A stretch of 64,000 nt of DNA from an uncultured Verrucomicrobiae bacterium (GCA_963762565.1 CAVXLD010000009.1:1-64000), one strand, 5' to 3'. Numbered from the stretch's first letter, positions 1-10,958 are shown. Made by a program: numbers and translations. Notes: generated from the letters alone by a model not told the origin.

Positions 1-2
1 CC

Positions 3-1298
3 GCTTCCAACGTTGCCGGTCTGCTAGGAGCGCCCAAGCAAGAACGCAGACCTGCTTTGCTCGCCGGAGCAGCGGCGGGACTAGCCGCTGCCTTTAACAC
101 CCCGCTCTCCGCCATCACTTTCGTACTAGAAGAGATCACGGAGGACCTGAACAGCACCCGATACCTGGCGCCGGTTTTGATTGCCTCAGTCGCCTCCACG
201 TTCGTAGCTCATCTCTTCCTGGGGGATAACCCGTCCTTTGTGATTCCGGGCACAGCCCGATTTTCCTTGAAGGTTTACCTTTTTGTCGTGCCGGTCGCTG
301 CATTGGCCGGTTTGATCGGTGTGGTCTTTCAGAAAGGAGCTCTGATCTGGCGAGACCGCATCAAGCAATACCGGCGCATCCCTTTGGCGTTCAGACCAGC
401 GATCGGTGCTCTCATCAACTGGGTTTGCGGGACCGCAGTTTTTCTCGCCATCGCACGTGTCGGCGTCTTCGGCCTCGGCTATAACGATCTCCAAGATATG
501 TTGGGGGGCCGGATCACCGGGACCCAAGCGACAATCCTGGTGATCGCAAAACTGGCAGCCACGATTGCGGTCTACGCCTGGGGTGGGGCTGGAGGCATTT
601 TTTCACCGACCTTATTTTTCGGCGCAGCCGCGGGTTTGGCATTGAGCCAGTTCTTCTCGTTAGCCACCCATTTCCCGCCAAACGAGCAGCTCGCGCTAAC
701 GGTTGCTGGAATGAGCGCTTGTCTCGGCGCCGTGGTCCGTGCGCCCATCACATCGATCTTGATCGTGTTCGAGATGACCCACCAATTCGCGTTTGTACCT
801 CTATTGATGATTGGCGCATTGGTGAGCCAAGCGGTTAGCCGGGCCTTCTGCCAGACCAACTTCTACAGCGAGATCCTGGAACGCGATGGGATCGATCTGG
901 ATCACTATATTCCCACGAAATCCTGGGCCGCGCTTCAAAGACGGCCAATAGCAACGATTGCCGTTTTCACGCCGGTAATGGTCAACACCATTGCTCGGAA
1001 AGAGCTCGTTCCAATCCTGGAAGAACATCCTTATCGTTTCTTTCCGCTAGTGCTTGGAAACAGACTAGAAGGTTTGATCGCGAGAACCGCAGTGCTTGAA
1101 GGGTCTGAAGAAAACGTCGTCCCGCAACCCGCCAGCACCGTTTCGCCGAATACGCCCATCAAAGAAGCGGTAAATCGAATGGTAACAGAATCCGCGAATC
1201 TTCTAATAGTAGTAGCCGACCAAGACGGCCCTCCGATCGGAATCGTGACATTGCACGATGTACTGCGAGCGCAGGCTCAGATAACCGACCAGTTCTAA
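3..1298 (+). CDS. ClC family H+/Cl- antiporter/chloride channel with C-terminal CBS pair (5' truncated by window)
   Basis: AAAFNTPL, GGIFSPTLFFG, VRAPITSILIVFEMT motifs; CBS GIVTLHDVL; frame is open from window start. Confidence 0.9.
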   Translation, partial: ASNVAGLLGAPKQERRPALLAGAAAGLAAAFNTPLSAITFVLEEITEDLNSTRYLAPVLIASVASTFVAHLFLGDNPSFVIPGTARFSLKVYLFVVPVAALAGLIGVVFQKGALIWRDRIKQYRRIPLAFRPAIGALINWVCGTAVFLAIARVGVFGLGYNDLQDMLGGRITGTQATILVIAKLAATIAVYAWGGAGGIFSPTLFFGAAAGLALSQFFSLATHFPPNEQLALTVAGMSACLGAVVRAPITSILIVFEMTHQFAFVPLLMIGALVSQAVSRAFCQTNFYSEILERDGIDLDHYIPTKSWAALQRRPIATIAVFTPVMVNTIARKELVPILEEHPYRFFPLVLGNRLEGLIARTAVLEGSEENVVPQPASTVSPNTPIKEAVNRMVTESANLLIVVADQDGPPIGIVTLHDVLRAQAQITDQF

Positions 1299-1437
1299 CG
1301 CCGCTAACGCCGCCAACGCCGCCAACGCCGAGAGAGCCGAGAGCGCCGGCAACGCCGGGAACGGCAGGCAACTGCCGACAATGGCTCCCGTTCTCGGCGT
1401 TGACGGCGTTTTCATTGACGGCGCTGCCGGCGTTGTT
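1296..1437. repeat. 9-bp-period AACGCCGCC-like tandem repeat with a degenerate inverted arm (GGCGTT)
   Basis: taacgccgc taacgccgc caacgccgc caacgccga... followed by ggcgttgacggcgtt...ggcgttgttg. Confidence 0.7.
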
Positions 1438-1451
1438 GATCTTCAGGCACT

Positions 1452-2789
1452 ATGAGAGAGCCAGTCCCACACGATTTCGGGTCGGAGTTTCTTTGGGGAG
1501 CATCGACGGCGGCTTATCAGATCGAGGGCGCGGTGAGCGAGGATGGCCGGGCCCCTAGTATTTGGGATGTTTTCTGCCAGCAACCCGGCAAAATATTAAA
1601 TGGGGATACCGGCGCAATGGCCTGCGACCATTACCATTTGTACCGCCAAGACGTCGCCCTCATGAAAGATCTGGGGCAAGATGTGTACCGCTTCTCGGTT
1701 GCGTGGCCGCGGATCTTCCCCACCGGTAAGGGCAAATTGAACAGCGCCGGCCTGGATTTCTACCAACGGCTGGTTGACGAATTGGTAGCGAACGAAATCG
1801 ATCCTTGGCTCTGTTTCTATCATTGGGATTTGCCGCAAGCGCTACAAGAACTCGGCGGTTGGACGAAACGAGATACAGCCGAGTGGTATACAGACTATGC
1901 GATCGCGGTAGCGGAGAAACTCGGCGATCGCGTACGCCACTTCGTCATGCTCAATGAACCGATGGTTTCCTCTTTCCTGGGACATTTCCTCGGTGTGCAC
2001 GCTCCGGGAATGAAATCGAAGGAAGCATTCCTTTCCGCTGTCCACCATCTCAACCTGGCCGCCGGCCAAGGACTGACCGCGTTACGTACTCAAGGCGGTG
2101 ATTGGCAGCTCGGAACCGTAGTGAACATGGGTTTAGCACCGCAGGGAGTTGGGCTCGATCCGGAAGCAATTAAGTTGCATGACGAGATACTTTTTTGGCC
2201 CTTTCTCGATCCGCTGCTGTTGGGGCGTTATCCCGAATCGTTGGATCCACTGATTGCCCCTTACGTCCGAGCCGGAGACCTCCAATTAATGCAGCATCCA
2301 GTCGACTTTATTGGTGTTAATTACTATTTCCCGGAGCGGGTAGTCACAGACCCTAGAGCCACATTCGGCTTTGAAGAGATTCCGCCCCCGGACAAGGCTC
2401 CAAAGACCGCGATGGGCTGGGAGATTCGGCCGGCGAGCTTCACTGACACCTTGGTGGCCATCAAAAATCGCTACCAAAAACCCCCACCAATTTATATCAG
2501 TGAAAACGGCGCGGCATTCGTGGATACGGTAGAATCCGATGGTTCGATTAATGATCGCGAACGAACCGAATATATACAGGAACATCTCGCCGCCGTAGCC
2601 GACGCTCGGAACGCAGGCGTTGATATCCGCGGCTATTTCGTCTGGTCGCTCCTGGACAACTTCGAGTGGGCATACGGTTACGACCGAAGATTCGGTCTAG
2701 TGCACGTTGATTACCAAACTCAGCAGAGAACACCCAAGGCGTCGTATTATTGGTACCAGCAGTTTATTCGGGAGGCGAAGGCGAGCTGA
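1452..2789 (+). CDS. Glycoside hydrolase family 1 beta-glucosidase
   Basis: FLWGASTAAYQIEG, catalytic NEP and ISENG, WSLLDNFEW. Confidence 0.95.
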   Translation: MREPVPHDFGSEFLWGASTAAYQIEGAVSEDGRAPSIWDVFCQQPGKILNGDTGAMACDHYHLYRQDVALMKDLGQDVYRFSVAWPRIFPTGKGKLNSAGLDFYQRLVDELVANEIDPWLCFYHWDLPQALQELGGWTKRDTAEWYTDYAIAVAEKLGDRVRHFVMLNEPMVSSFLGHFLGVHAPGMKSKEAFLSAVHHLNLAAGQGLTALRTQGGDWQLGTVVNMGLAPQGVGLDPEAIKLHDEILFWPFLDPLLLGRYPESLDPLIAPYVRAGDLQLMQHPVDFIGVNYYFPERVVTDPRATFGFEEIPPPDKAPKTAMGWEIRPASFTDTLVAIKNRYQKPPPIYISENGAAFVDTVESDGSINDRERTEYIQEHLAAVADARNAGVDIRGYFVWSLLDNFEWAYGYDRRFGLVHVDYQTQQRTPKASYYWYQQFIREAKAS

Positions 2790-2809
2790 TGCTGGGCCGT
2801 GGGCTTGAA

Positions 2810-3080
2810 TTGGTGGGGCGAGGCTCCCGAAAGATCCCACCCCGTTACCAGCATCGAGCGTGATTCGGCGCCCTAGGTCAGTGCAAGGGCCGAAAACCTC
2901 GCCGAGCCGTGACTGTCATGCTCCACCCCACGCAGCAGCCATTCGGTAGGCTCACACTGTAAAAGGTGGCAGGTCAAGGGAACGGCTCGGCAGCACATCG
3001 GCCTAACGTTCCCACTGGGCATCGAGACAGGTTTAAGCCCTGGGCGGACCCCGGGTCTTTCGGGAGCCTCGCCCTACCAG
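2810..3080. repeat. REP/MITE-like family A: terminal IR TTGGTGGGGCGAGGCTCCCG / CGGGAGCCTCGCCCTACC with inner IR GCCGAGCCGT / ACGGCTCGGC
   Basis: Outer arms 2810-2830 and 3061-3080, inner arms 2901-2910 and 2982-2991; further copies at 18590, 30002-30250, 34746-34920, 39858, 56464. Confidence 0.85.
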
Positions 3081-3158
3081 TGTCGACTTCCACGCGCCCA
3101 CCCCCTCTTTTTTTCTTTCCGCGGAGCGAAAGTTCGACTAACTAGGCCGCAAACCGAA

Positions 3159-4467
3159 ATGACTGAAAGGAAGATCTCCGGACTCACCGCTACTAATATC
3201 GTCATTGCCAACATGATAGGAACCGGTGTGTTCGTCAGTCTCGGGTTCCAGGTAATCTCGATTCATTCCGGTTTTGCCATCATGGCGCTCTGGATAATCG
3301 GAGGGTTGCTCTCCTTATGCGGGGCTCTCTGTTATTCGGAATTGGCTGTGGCCCTCCCGCGTTTAGGCGGCGAATACAACTTTCTATCCCGGATCTACCA
3401 TCCCGCTCTCGGCTTCATGGCCGGCTGGATATCAGTTATCATCGGGTTTCCGGCGCCCATTGCGATATCAGCCATGGCCTTCGGAAACTATTTCCAAGGT
3501 ATCGTGCCCTCTGCGTCACCTTTGATTCTCTCTTTGGTGCTGGTATGGGGCGTGACCATTATCCTTCTGGTCGGGATTCGTACTGGTGAACGTTTTCAAA
3601 ATATCTCCACGATTTTGAAAATCGGACTCATTATTTTTTTGATCGGGGCGGGCGTTTTCTTTCAACAAAAACAGCCATTCCAGTTCGCACCTCAATCAAA
3701 CGAGTTGGCCACCATGTTGTCAGGTCCGTTTTCCGTGAGCCTCGTTTTTGTGATGTATTCTTACTCCGGCTGGAACGGCGCCTCTTATTTGACTGCTGAG
3801 GTGCGTAATCCTGAGCGGAACGTGCCATGGGCGCTCTTCATCGGCACCATTGTTGTGATGATCCTGTACGTTCTGTTGAACTGGGTCTTTCTCATTAGCG
3901 CGCCGGCGGCTGAAATCGTGGGTAAACCGATCGTTGCTTTGGTCTCGGGACAACACATTTTTGGGCAGATGGGAGGCGCGCTGGTTAGCGGCCTTATTGG
4001 CTTCGGCCTGATTGCGAACGTGAGCGCCATGAGCTGGATCGGTTCGCGAGTGACAAAGTCGATGGCCGATGACTTTTCGAGACTTGCTTTCTTCGGGCGG
4101 GTTAATCAACGCGGAACACCGTATATCGCGATGATTTTGCAGGCGATCGTCGTAACCGGATTCATACTTACCAACAGTTTTGAAGCGGTGCTGGTCTACA
4201 CCCAGTTCGCTCTGCTCCTTTCTTCATTCCTGGCCGTGCTCGGTCTTATCGTGTTGCGGTTCAGCCAACCAAATTTGCCACGGCCCTATCGCGTTTGGGG
4301 TTATCCCGTTACTCCTCTGATTTTTCTAGTGGTAACACTATGTCATGATGCTCTACGCGGTGCAGCAAAAAACGACCGCATCGTTGCTCGGGTTATTGAC
4401 CGCGCTTGTCGGTCTGGGGATTTACTTCCTGGTGCGGCCAGCGCAAGGATCGCTTTCCGCCCGTTAA
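3159..4467 (+). CDS. APC family amino acid permease (apparent +1 frameshift near 4341)
   Basis: IANMIGTGVF, GGEYNFL, SYSGWN, RPYRVWGYP; last TM helix MMLYAV...LGIYFLV continues in another frame to TAA at 4465-4467. Confidence 0.85.
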
Positions 4468-4503
4468 CCACTTGGTTCAGGGCACTCGATCACGCCGAAA
4501 ATT

Positions 4504-5709
4504 ATGATCCTGACACACACAAGGACCTGGTTACTTAGTTTATTACTTTTAATGGGGACGTGCCGAGGGCTGCATGCACAAACTCAGGAGCCGACTCCGG
4601 AAGCCCCGCCCGCCGACCAAGCGCCGACGCCGATACCGCAAGAGTCGTCCGTACCTCAAGCGTCCCCTGTCCCAACAGAAGCAATCGCAGTCCCTAGTAA
4701 TCCGATAACGGATGCTGCCCGTTTCTTGGCCGGCCTGCCGGTAGCCGACAATTCGACGTTGGTCAAACTAACGCACACTTCGAGTTGGCAAGCTCATAGC
4801 GCGGCCATGAACTCTGCTTTCGCGACCCTCGATCATCGGCAACTCAGCAACATTGGCATTTGGCGGTCCGATTTTCTGGGTCCGGTGTCGGCCGGCGCAA
4901 AAACTTGTGTCTATTACTTTGCCGGCCCCGATTTCCTTTACGCTGACGCGTTTTTCCCGGACTGCACAACCTACGTTCTTGTCGGGTTAGAGACGGTGGA
5001 TGCGATGCCGGATCTGCTCACAGTTCCATCGGCTGCCCTTCAAAATACCCTGGAGAATATCCAGATCTCACTGAACACAATTCTGCAGTTCAGCTTTTTC
5101 AAAACGAAAGACATGCGGGAAGATTTTGGCCGTGGAGAACTAAAGGGCGTTCTACCCATTCTATTCGTGTTTCTAGCTCGGACTGGAAAGGTGATCCAGT
5201 CGGTTGAATATGTCTCCCTTGACCGTGGCGGCCAGCTCATCAAGCCGGGCAGTTCGCCGCATGGAGTAAAAATCACGTTTGTTGATCCGGCCGTTGGCAC
5301 CCAAAAAGTGCTTTACTTCTTCAGCGCCGATCTTTCCGACGACGGCCTGAAGAGTAATCCTGCCGTGCTTCGATTCACTGAGCAGCAGGGGCAAGCTAAC
5401 TGCTTTGTGAAAGCTGCCTCCTATCTGATGTACGAGGGACGTTTCGACACCGTTCGCTCGTTTCTGTTGGGCGATAGCCTTACAATTCTGGAGGACGATT
5501 CCGGGATTCCGGTGAAGTACCTAGCCCAGGATAAATGGACTCTCAGATTTTTCGGCAGTTATACTGGGCCAATCAATCTGTTTAAACAATATTTCCAGCC
5601 GGACCTACGCCAGTACTACGAAGCCAGCTCGCCCAAAACCCTGACATTCAGCTTTGGTTACCAATGGAACCGGCACAACTCGACGCTGATCCTCGCGGTT
5701 AGGAAGTAG
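4504..5709 (+). CDS. Hypothetical secreted protein with Pro-rich N-terminal linker
   Basis: 401-aa ORF with signal peptide; no function recognised. Confidence 0.75.
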   Translation: MILTHTRTWLLSLLLLMGTCRGLHAQTQEPTPEAPPADQAPTPIPQESSVPQASPVPTEAIAVPSNPITDAARFLAGLPVADNSTLVKLTHTSSWQAHSAAMNSAFATLDHRQLSNIGIWRSDFLGPVSAGAKTCVYYFAGPDFLYADAFFPDCTTYVLVGLETVDAMPDLLTVPSAALQNTLENIQISLNTILQFSFFKTKDMREDFGRGELKGVLPILFVFLARTGKVIQSVEYVSLDRGGQLIKPGSSPHGVKITFVDPAVGTQKVLYFFSADLSDDGLKSNPAVLRFTEQQGQANCFVKAASYLMYEGRFDTVRSFLLGDSLTILEDDSGIPVKYLAQDKWTLRFFGSYTGPINLFKQYFQPDLRQYYEASSPKTLTFSFGYQWNRHNSTLILAVRK

Positions 5710-5715
5710 AAGGCC

Positions 5716-5933
5716 GGTAGGGCGAAAATCTCGGCACGCCCGGCGGAAACCATCTCGCTGAAATCGACCGCGCCGGATTTGAGCCGCGCCGTGCGGCCGC
5801 TACTTCCCTTTGGTTCGATAGGCCGGAGAACGATCACGCCCTGGACGATGCAAGGCGCACGCATGGCTCAAATCCGGCGCGGTTGATCCAGGAGGATGGT
5901 TTCCGTTGGACGCGCCGAGATTTTCGCCCTACC
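5716..5933. repeat. Nested inverted-repeat element with GGTAGGGCGA / TCGCCCTACC termini (related to family A)
   Basis: ggtagggcgaaaatctcggc...cggaaaccatc / gatggtttccg...gccgagattttcgccctacc; inner cgcgccggatttgagcc / ggctcaaatccggcgcg; lies between convergent genes. Confidence 0.85.
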
Positions 5934-5949
5934 GGCATTGGGTCCTTCG

Positions 5950-6330
5950 CTAGCGCGCCGCCCGTGTCACCTTCGCCACCAACTCATTCTGCAACTTCGC
6001 CATCTCGCGGAAGCCCTCCTCCGAATGGTCATCATACCCAGCGAGATGCAACAATCCGTGTGCAATATAAAGGCGGAGCTCGTGCAACAGATCGGTTCCA
6101 TACTCTGTCGCCTGTCTGGCAGCCGTTTCCACGCTGACCACAATCTCGCCATGCCGAAAGGTGATCACATCCGTGGGACCTGAAACCCCCATGAACTGCT
6201 GATGAATCTCAGAGATCTTCCGATCCGAGACGAGCACGACTAAAATTTCTTCCGGAAATTTTTCGCGTGAGACCTCTAACACGAGCGGCATTAGCTGCCG
6301 CGCAAAAGCAAGGAGATCGGTCACCGGCAC
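5950..6330 (-). CDS. ybeY: rRNA maturation endoribonuclease YbeY (true start probably further upstream)
   Basis: PTDVITF, HGLLHLAGYDD; phoH-HD-ybeY synteny. Confidence 0.92.
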   Translation of the reverse strand: MPVTDLLAFARQLMPLVLEVSREKFPEEILVVLVSDRKISEIHQQFMGVSGPTDVITFRHGEIVVSVETAARQATEYGTDLLHELRLYIAHGLLHLAGYDDHSEEGFREMAKLQNELVAKVTRAAR

Positions 6331-6692
6331 CTGGCACTTCCGCTGGCGATTCAGGAGAATGATCTGCGTCTGTAGCCGACAGAAGAGTCTCGGTCTCGTG
6401 ATCTTACCGCGCAGCGCGTTATCAGATCATAGTTCAGAGTTCGTAACTCTGGGTCACGCATGAGCGAGTGTACGCCCTCGAGAGCATGAGCGGCCGAAGA
6501 GATAGGCCGAGCGTTCTAGCATTTTCAGTTCGCACAGAGTCGGCCGCCAACTTCGGGTGCCTGCTTTCAGATCGGCACGTCTAACTGTGAAAGCCACCCC
6601 AGGGTTAAAACCCGGGGCTGTGATCCGATAGACTGCCACGCGGTCCTACAAGCGCGACGCGATTCGCCCCCACCGGACCACCAAAACGCCGC

Positions 6693-8291
6693 TTACGCCG
6701 CAGTCGCAGGAGGCAAGTTCCTCAGCCGGCGAGTTTCGTTTTCGACGCGCTCCTCGTCCTTAGGATACTTGATCCGGGTATGCAGCATGTTTTGAATCGT
6801 ATAACGGAACGTTTCGGAGATCGTCCTAATTTCTCGAAGGGTGAGATCACACTCGTCCAGCTGACCCTCCGCGATCCGCTTATTAACAATTTCGTTGATG
6901 AGCTGCTCGATCTTTTGCGGGGTCGGCTTATCCAAACTTCTGGAAGCGCTTTCCACCGAATCGGCCAAGCTGATAATCCCGCACTCCTTAAATTGTGGTT
7001 TCGGACCGCTATAGCGAAAACTTTCCTCACGAACTTCCGGGATATCTTCCACCCGCATGTTCATGATCTTGCCGCCTTCCCTAGCGTCTTGCTGTTGTTG
7101 CAGGGCCCGTTTGTAAAAATAACTCACGAGCGAGGTCCCGTGATGCTGCTGGATCACATCAACAATGCGCTGGTTCAAGCCGAATTTCAGCGCCAGGTCG
7201 ACTCCTTCTTTGACGTGGGCAATGATGATCAACGCGCTCATCGTTGGCGCCAGATCGTCATGTGGATTCTCGTCGCCAACAATATTCTCAGAAAAATAAT
7301 TCGGTTTTACCAGCTTGCCGATGTCGTGAAAATAGGCACAAGCGCGGCACATCGTGCCGTTCGCACCGATTCGGTTTGCCGCGGCTTCAGCCAAATCGGC
7401 AACCACATCGCTATGATGCCAGGTACCAGGTGCTTCCAAGCTCAACCGCAATAAGAGCGGATGGTTTCGGTCCGCCATCTCAATCCACGACATATCCGTG
7501 GTAATTTGAAAGAGCGTCTCGATGAGAGGCAGGGCGCCGCCCACTACCATCGCTGTGATGACGCTGGTAAAGATTGCCGCTGCTGACTGCTCGCCAAACC
7601 GGGCCCAATCCAATTGGTTCAATTGCAACCAAGGAATGGCAATGATGCCAAACGAAAGCGCCAGGACCCACGTCGCTAATCCGACATAAAGGCCAGCCCG
7701 TAACAAGCGGCTCCGGCGTCGTACCTGGATGGTGACAAAAACGGCGATAAAACCACTGATGAGCGACATCACCAGCAGAAAAGCGTCGACTCCCCGTAGA
7801 AGAAGGGAGCTCCAAAGACTGACGAAGACTGCAGCGTACAGGCCGTAGTTTTTCCCCAGTAGAACCGACAAGACCAGCGGGGCCAGCGCGTAAGGAATCA
7901 CCAACACCCCGAACTCAGGCGGTAACCCTCCACGAGGGTCGCTGCAGAACACCATGATCAGCTTGGCTGCACACAGGTGGAACAGCATCGCCCCGAAGAC
8001 CAACCCAACCCGGGAATTCTTCTGAAATGTCTCCGGAAAATTGATCCAGAGTTGCGCTACCGCCGTCAAAAAAACCAGGAAGCCGATCAGGAAAAATTTG
8101 GCGGGCTCCTGGTTCAAACTCGAAAAAATTAAGAGCGCCAGAACCAGAACAAAAAGTCCGAGGATACTCGTCTTGATCCAAGGATTCGTGTCGAGCTTAC
8201 GCATCCACTCCTTCTGCGTCGGCTTACGGCGTTGCTTAGAGCACGCTAATCCTTTCTTTATCAAGCGTTTACGATCAATTGAGCCAAACAT
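6693..8291 (-). CDS. 7TM-HD (HDIG) phosphohydrolase, PgpH-like
   Basis: TM bundle, APGTWHHS, HDIGK, IIIAHVKEG, QHHGT, YSGPKPQ, LADSVESASRSL. Confidence 0.9.
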   Translation of the reverse strand: MFGSIDRKRLIKKGLACSKQRRKPTQKEWMRKLDTNPWIKTSILGLFVLVLALLIFSSLNQEPAKFFLIGFLVFLTAVAQLWINFPETFQKNSRVGLVFGAMLFHLCAAKLIMVFCSDPRGGLPPEFGVLVIPYALAPLVLSVLLGKNYGLYAAVFVSLWSSLLLRGVDAFLLVMSLISGFIAVFVTIQVRRRSRLLRAGLYVGLATWVLALSFGIIAIPWLQLNQLDWARFGEQSAAAIFTSVITAMVVGGALPLIETLFQITTDMSWIEMADRNHPLLLRLSLEAPGTWHHSDVVADLAEAAANRIGANGTMCRACAYFHDIGKLVKPNYFSENIVGDENPHDDLAPTMSALIIIAHVKEGVDLALKFGLNQRIVDVIQQHHGTSLVSYFYKRALQQQQDAREGGKIMNMRVEDIPEVREESFRYSGPKPQFKECGIISLADSVESASRSLDKPTPQKIEQLINEIVNKRIAEGQLDECDLTLREIRTISETFRYTIQNMLHTRIKYPKDEERVENETRRLRNLPPATAA

Positions 8292-8317
8292 ACTTTGCGT
8301 CTCTTCCTTCGTTTCCC

Positions 8318-9310
8318 CTATCTAACTGGCCGTGACGGATCGTTCCTGGGCGCCTCCCGGTATGCCCGGTAAGCTTGAATAATCGATTGAACCAGGGGAT
8401 GTCGAACAACATCTCGCTCGGTAAATTCGACAAATTGTATGTCCGTTACGTGTTTGAGAGCGCGCATCGCCTCGATCAAGCCGGAAGCTTTGTTGGGCGG
8501 TAGATCAATCTGAGTGTAATCGCCAGTTACCACGCACTTGGACTCCATTCCCAACCGCGTCAGGAACATGAACATTTGCTCAGCCGTCGTATTCTGGGCT
8601 TCGTCCAAGATCACGAAGGCGTTATTGAGAGTGCGCCCGCGCATGTATGCTAGAGGCGCAATCTCGATGACGCCCCGATCCATGAATTTCTGAATCTCCT
8701 CACCAGAAATCATATCATACAACGCATCATACAAGGGACGCAAATAGGGAAAGATCTTTTCCTGGAGGTCTCCTGGGAGGAACCCAAGGGCCTCTCCGGC
8801 CTCGACCGCAGGGCGAGTCAAAATGACGCGCTTCACCAGCTCTCGCTTTAGGGCATCAACCGCCATCGCCATCGCTAGATACGTTTTTCCGGTGCCGGCT
8901 GGTCCTATCCCGAATACCAAATCTCTGGATTGAATGGCCTGGACATAAGCCAGCTGCTGCCCCGATTTTGGGCTGATGGGGGTGCGGCGATTCGCACTCA
9001 AAAGTTGGACGCCGGCCAAGTGACCTAGAGGCTGGCGCTGGTTGCCGCTCACCGAATCCAACGCGTACTGGAATTCGTGCCGCTGGATTTGCATTCCGCG
9101 TTGGCGAGCCTGCTCCAGTTGGTCGAAAACTTGGCGCGCTTTATTGATGTTGTCGCGTTCGCCTTCCAGGCGGAGCCAGCCGTCGCGGGTGGTTACTTTG
9201 ACACCAAGTTTTTCTTCCAGTGACTGCAATAGTCTTAGATCGTTCGCGTACAGATTCTGCAGCGCTCGCCCATTCTCAAACTGAAGCGTCTCAGATTCTA
9301 CCATGCACAA
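8318..9310 (-). CDS. phoH: PhoH-like ATPase (YbeZ type)
   Basis: GPAGTGKT, RPAVEAGEALGFLPG, YMRGRTL, DEAQN. Confidence 0.95.
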   Translation of the reverse strand: MCMVESETLQFENGRALQNLYANDLRLLQSLEEKLGVKVTTRDGWLRLEGERDNINKARQVFDQLEQARQRGMQIQRHEFQYALDSVSGNQRQPLGHLAGVQLLSANRRTPISPKSGQQLAYVQAIQSRDLVFGIGPAGTGKTYLAMAMAVDALKRELVKRVILTRPAVEAGEALGFLPGDLQEKIFPYLRPLYDALYDMISGEEIQKFMDRGVIEIAPLAYMRGRTLNNAFVILDEAQNTTAEQMFMFLTRLGMESKCVVTGDYTQIDLPPNKASGLIEAMRALKHVTDIQFVEFTERDVVRHPLVQSIIQAYRAYREAPRNDPSRPVR

Positions 9311-9437
9311 GCCAAGCCACCGTTTAGCTGAAGGGGGTCATATTGGGAAGCCAGGAAAACTGGTGCTGAATAAATAATAGCCAGTGTCAAGCGGGGTGTC
9401 GCGGGCAACTATCGTCCCCGGCAAAAGTCTCGCAAGT

Positions 9438-9902
9438 TTATTTGTAGCCGTAAACCATGGCCCAGTGGGTTCGCTCAACGGGCGAACTCAGAATCTCGAC
9501 GATGACGTAGTAAGTACCGGTGGCAGGAGCGACCAGATGGGCGCCGGCGAGCCGTCCGTGCTGCCAAGAATCATTTTCCACCAGTCTCCCGCGGCTGTCA
9601 TAGACGTGGATAGAGATCTTGGCCGAATCGATATCCGTTCCCGTACAGAACCAGTAGTCATTCCCCTTAAACAGAGTATGCGTTATGGCTTGCTCCTGTT
9701 TCACGCCAAGGTCGCCGCCCCATTGGTCATCGCGTACGAGATACCCTTGTTTCACATACGGGCTGATCGCTTCCGTCGCCCGCGCGATGGCTTCATCGAC
9801 CGTTGCCAGGCTTCTCCCGGTCAAGGCCAACAAACTGACTACAATAATCAATCGTCTGACCATCGCGCCCTTAAGCATTGGTATTGATGGCCTTAACCAC
9901 AT
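9438..9902 (-). CDS. Hypothetical secreted protein (likely start ATG near 9863)
   Basis: Signal-peptide-like N-terminus; co-directional with neighbours. Confidence 0.7.
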   Translation of the reverse strand: MWLRPSIPMLKGAMVRRLIIVVSLLALTGRSLATVDEAIARATEAISPYVKQGYLVRDDQWGGDLGVKQEQAITHTLFKGNDYWFCTGTDIDSAKISIHVYDSRGRLVENDSWQHGRLAGAHLVAPATGTYYVIVEILSSPVERTHWAMVYGYK

Positions 9903-10680
9903 CGCTGGTTATTTCGTGAATCCTCTTTATCGAGGCGGGCGTAATCTTCTGGCTAATCAACGGCGAGATCTCGTTAAGACTCTTTTGGACCTTGCCAACT
10001 AGTTGATTATTGCGGAGGCGTGACGGCATCCCGGCTAAGCGCTCCTGAAAATATTTTAATAGATCCGGTTGATTGAGTAGATCGGCTCCATCAGCGGAAT
10101 AACTTTTGCCCACGATAGACGTGAGTACTTCTGTGCCTCTTAGCCATCCCCCCAGGCTTACTAAGTGAGCCAGTTGGTCGTCCCGAAGCTCGATCATGGC
10201 ATTTTTCACATCGCTTAGTGCACCGTCCAACTCACGGCGAACGCCGATCCAGTCGCCATCATCGGCGTTCGTTAGAATAGCGTTAGTCCGGCTCAGTACC
10301 GTTTTCTCGACTCCAATGGCCCGAGCCAACTCCAACACATCTCGTCCGATCGCTTTGACGCGTTCTTTGTCGGCCGCCTCGACCGCAACAAAGCCTTCGG
10401 CGACCACCGAACCCAGCATGAGAGCAATCTGTGCTCGCGCACCCCTGCTGCTGATATTCGGAGAACGCATTTCACCTCGCCAGTCCGGCGTACCAAGTTT
10501 ATCCAACACGTTGAAGACTTCGCTCGGCAACGGAACCACTACGTCGTCCAATTTCGTGGCCGGAAAGCGATTGAGGTCGATCTGCCTGGGGGGAGCATCA
10601 GCAGCCGAAAAATGAGAGAAAGCAGTTAGTGTAACCGTCAGTAAAAATAGTTGGTTTCTTGTCCTCGTTCTCATAAACAT
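9871..10680 (-). CDS. Hypothetical secreted alpha-helical protein
   Basis: 269-aa ORF with signal peptide. Confidence 0.75.
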   Translation of the reverse strand: MFMRTRTRNQLFLLTVTLTAFSHFSAADAPPRQIDLNRFPATKLDDVVVPLPSEVFNVLDKLGTPDWRGEMRSPNISSRGARAQIALMLGSVVAEGFVAVEAADKERVKAIGRDVLELARAIGVEKTVLSRTNAILTNADDGDWIGVRRELDGALSDVKNAMIELRDDQLAHLVSLGGWLRGTEVLTSIVGKSYSADGADLLNQPDLLKYFQERLAGMPSRLRNNQLVGKVQKSLNEISPLISQKITPASIKRIHEITSDVVKAINTNA

Positions 10681-10805
10681 CGCCGGTCCGGACGCTTAAG
10701 GCCCCGCAAACGTCTTGGACTCCGCGTTAGCGTGCATGCCCCGTCACGCCGCGCCAAGCCTAAAACAAAATAAAATTTGGGCAAACAGGATTGACAAAAC
10801 AAAGG

Positions 10806-10916
10806 CCTCGCGCAGAGGGCGCAACGGACGCAAAGGTTAAGAAGGTTCTTTATCTTGCTTTTTCAACCAGATCCTCTCTTCTTTACCTCCGCGTCCGCTG
10901 CGACCTCTGCGCGAGG
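10806..10916. repeat. Intergenic imperfect palindrome with 9-bp periodic arms
   Basis: cctcgcgcagagggcgcaacggacgc / gcgtccgctgcgacctctgcgcgagg. Confidence 0.75.
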
Positions 10917-10958
10917 CCCCTTACTTCGTGTGGTTGTGGCTCCGCTATCACCTCATCT

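Noticed and set aside
1159..1415. Low-complexity ORFs on the minus strand
   Set aside because: Products of the 9-bp tandem repeat
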